A program made the translations under genes and the position numbers. From Takakia lepidozioides (lineage: Eukaryota; Plantae; Bryophyta): a stretch of 64,000 nt of DNA. The stretch spans positions 8,990,001 to 9,054,000 of the forward strand of contig CM060732.1 in assembly GCA_030704615.1 (NCBI GenBank), in the 5' to 3' direction. Positions 61,787 through 64,000 of the stretch are shown in pieces. The number at the start of each line of letters is the position of its first letter. The stretch's first letter is position 1. The notes beneath the pieces were generated by a model, which was given only the letters and a program-made list of their open reading frames with translations, did not search any database and was not told the origin of the DNA.

Positions 61787-63559
61787 GGGGGCTGCTATTT
61801 CATGAGCGGCATGAGCGTGAGCGGAAAAAAAAAAAGCATGAGCGGACCATTGTGTGTCCACGAAAATAGGGTTAGGAGGCACGGAAATAGGGTCATGTGA
61901 AGTTGGAATGTGGCACCAATGGACTCGTCATAGCAATGAAATGCAACATTTTATTGCAAGGCGAAGGCGAAGACATGCCTGTCGGACAACGTCCCTGCCC
62001 ACATTGAAGCACCTGAGGGACAAAGCGGGTGGTTAGTAGCATGCGGCATGCAATTGCAATCGGGCCAGGGGACAAAATGTGCACGTGAAGGCTTACCCGT
62101 GCCGCATGTGAGGTCAAGAATCCGCCCTTGGACATCCGAGCACGTCTCCATGAGGGTTTGGATGAAAGCAGGGCTCCGGGTCCGGCTGTACCACCACGGT
62201 TTGCCTGTCTTTGTGTCCTTCGGCATACTGGATTGGGGCACATAGTTGTAGAGGACATCGTAGGTAACAGGGTCCACAGCGGCATCAACAAGACGACCGT
62301 CATTGCGGAATTTGAACGTAGACCCTCTCTTCACAAAACAATATGCCTCAAACACCAATGTCTGCACATCCAACAAAAGAGGGATCCACTCCAGGGTCTA
62401 GTTTAGATACACCACAATATGAAGTGAATGCAATAGATTGATAACTTACACTCTGGCCCTCTGTTCGCAACCCCTGCGTATTGATGCAGAACCATTTTTT
62501 CAGGAGGACCGGGGTGACACTTTTTGGTGTCCACCTTGCCACAACATTCTCTGTGGTCTTCCCTCTTGTGGCAAGGACCACCATACATCCACCGTCATCC
62601 AAGAGCATCCCTGCCAGCCCAAACCCGGCTCTCCAGTAGTCCTCCCTAAACCTGTTCCAGGTGGGCACACCATCCAGGCCCTCCAATAGCTCCCCATCTG
62701 GAATATCGAGGAGAATCATAACGCAGGCTCTCTCCACCTCACCCCCCCCCCCCCGAGTGCTCTTGCAATCCGTGCTCACAGCCGTGAAGAATTCCATCAT
62801 GGCTTCCAAACCAGGGGTGTCTTTAGGCTCTGTAGCAGCAGCCCTCTTCTTGGCTTTCCCCTTCAGCTCCTCCAGAGACTTGCTGTGTGCCACCTTCTTC
62901 GCCCTGGCAGCCAGAGCATCAAGAAAGCTCTCATTGACGCATTGGATGATAGTTGGGGATTCTAACTTTGGCCTTTGCGGAAACGTCACCGCCGAATACC
63001 GTTGTGTAGGCTCGCCCTCAAATGCCAACTTCTTGGCAGAGCCAGTCCAAGTCCGAACTGACTTGGGAACCCGGACGACCGGTGACTTGGTAGTAGCAGC
63101 AGTAGTCGCAGGACCTCGCACAAAGTCGTCGTCGGAGTCACTCCCTTGGGGCCCCTTCTGCGCCTCCTCTGGTGCCCCGGTGGTTTTCTGTTTTTTGGGG
63201 GTTACTTTACTCCCCTGTTTCCGTGTCCTTTTCATTTGTCTTTTATTCTTCTCATTCAAATTCTCCTGAATACCTGCCTAAGCAAGCTCTGCCGCTTTCC
63301 TGGACTTGACAAGTGCTTTCGCCTCCTTTGGACCCAGCGGAGGCAGCGGAGCTCGGTTTGGTCGGGCCTCCGCATCCAGCTTCAATTGGAACTCGGATGA
63401 GTCGAGCGAGCCGGGCGGAAGGTCCACATACCAAGGGCAGTCGCGCAAATGCTCCAGATGCCACTCCTTCACGATAACGTCAGTGTACATGGAGTCAGCT
63501 CCAGGCTTCCTCCATGCGAGGAAGAATGGCGGCTGGAAGGACAGATGACCTTTCTCCAA
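61787..63559 (-). mobile_element. Second, internally deleted and truncated copy (C) of the CATGAGC-terminus MTase-like element, inserted into the RT
   Basis: Collinear with 42298-42450 and then 43250-44841 (about 800 bp missing). Retains VMILLDIPDG and ILDLTCGTG. Confidence 0.9.
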
Positions 63560-63783
63560 GTGGATGCATGACGTGTAGTGAGTGGCTTAAGGGCAGAGTG
63601 ACGTGGATGCATGTAAAGTGGTTTAACTGAAGTGGAACTTATTGACTATGTTCCATGATGTCTAGTATACGGTTTGACTGTAAATCAGTGATAGTGAGTT
63701 TGCTTGACTTTGTATATTTTAATATTCTACTGTGAAGCAGTAAAAGAGGACACATTTTTGTAAATATGTTTCACTCTGGAGGT

Positions 63784-63831
63784 GTATATACATATATACA
63801 TATAAATATAATAATACATATATATATATAT
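63784..63831. repeat. Imperfect (TA)n microsatellite
   Basis: tatatacatatatacatataaatata...atatatatatata. Confidence 0.8.
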
Positions 63832-64000
63832 GAATTGGGAGGCTTTTTATTTAATATTTGGTTTTTTGTTTATTACTGTTATTTCGTTTCTTTCATTTAC
63901 TTTTAGTTTATATCTGTACTTATGTGAATTAGTGGATATTGTATTTAATTTTTTTGATTCGCTGCACTGCATTGAAAATATATTACAAATACAACAAAAC

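Noticed and set aside
42298-63559. Bacterial or phage contamination as the source of the ParB and MTase domains
   Set aside because: The ParB/MTase-like genes have spliceosomal introns at conserved positions and are nested among plant retroelements and plant gene fragments.

Overview
Eukaryotic, repeat-rich land-plant DNA. Evidence: GT-AG introns, PLS-type PPR fragments, an MCTP gene and an RLK fragment. A non-seed plant is my inference only. The one near-intact host gene is a 14-exon MCTP/FTIP/QUIRKY-family gene (+, 9232-16875). The rest is nested transposon debris: a hAT transposase remnant, an inverted-repeat-bounded element holding a PPR fragment, a decayed Ty3/Gypsy pol followed by four tandem ~3.33-kb units, and the 3' end of a minus-strand LTR element. 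The right third is the most striking. (i) An intron-containing gene (-, ~42.5-48.0 kb) appears to join a ParB/Srx-like N-terminal domain to a prokaryote-type beta-class (N6A/N4C) DNA-methyltransferase-like domain with an atypical DIPDG motif. It sits in a mobile unit with a shared terminus, has two more paralogous copies in the window, and is flanked by arrays built on the palindrome GGATGGAAATTCGGCGCCGAATTTCCATCC. (ii) A decayed Gypsy-like pol carries a DNMT3-like C5-cytosine methyltransferase between protease and RT, and a copy of element (i) has inserted into it. All domain calls are by-eye motif recognition and need HMM or structure confirmation.
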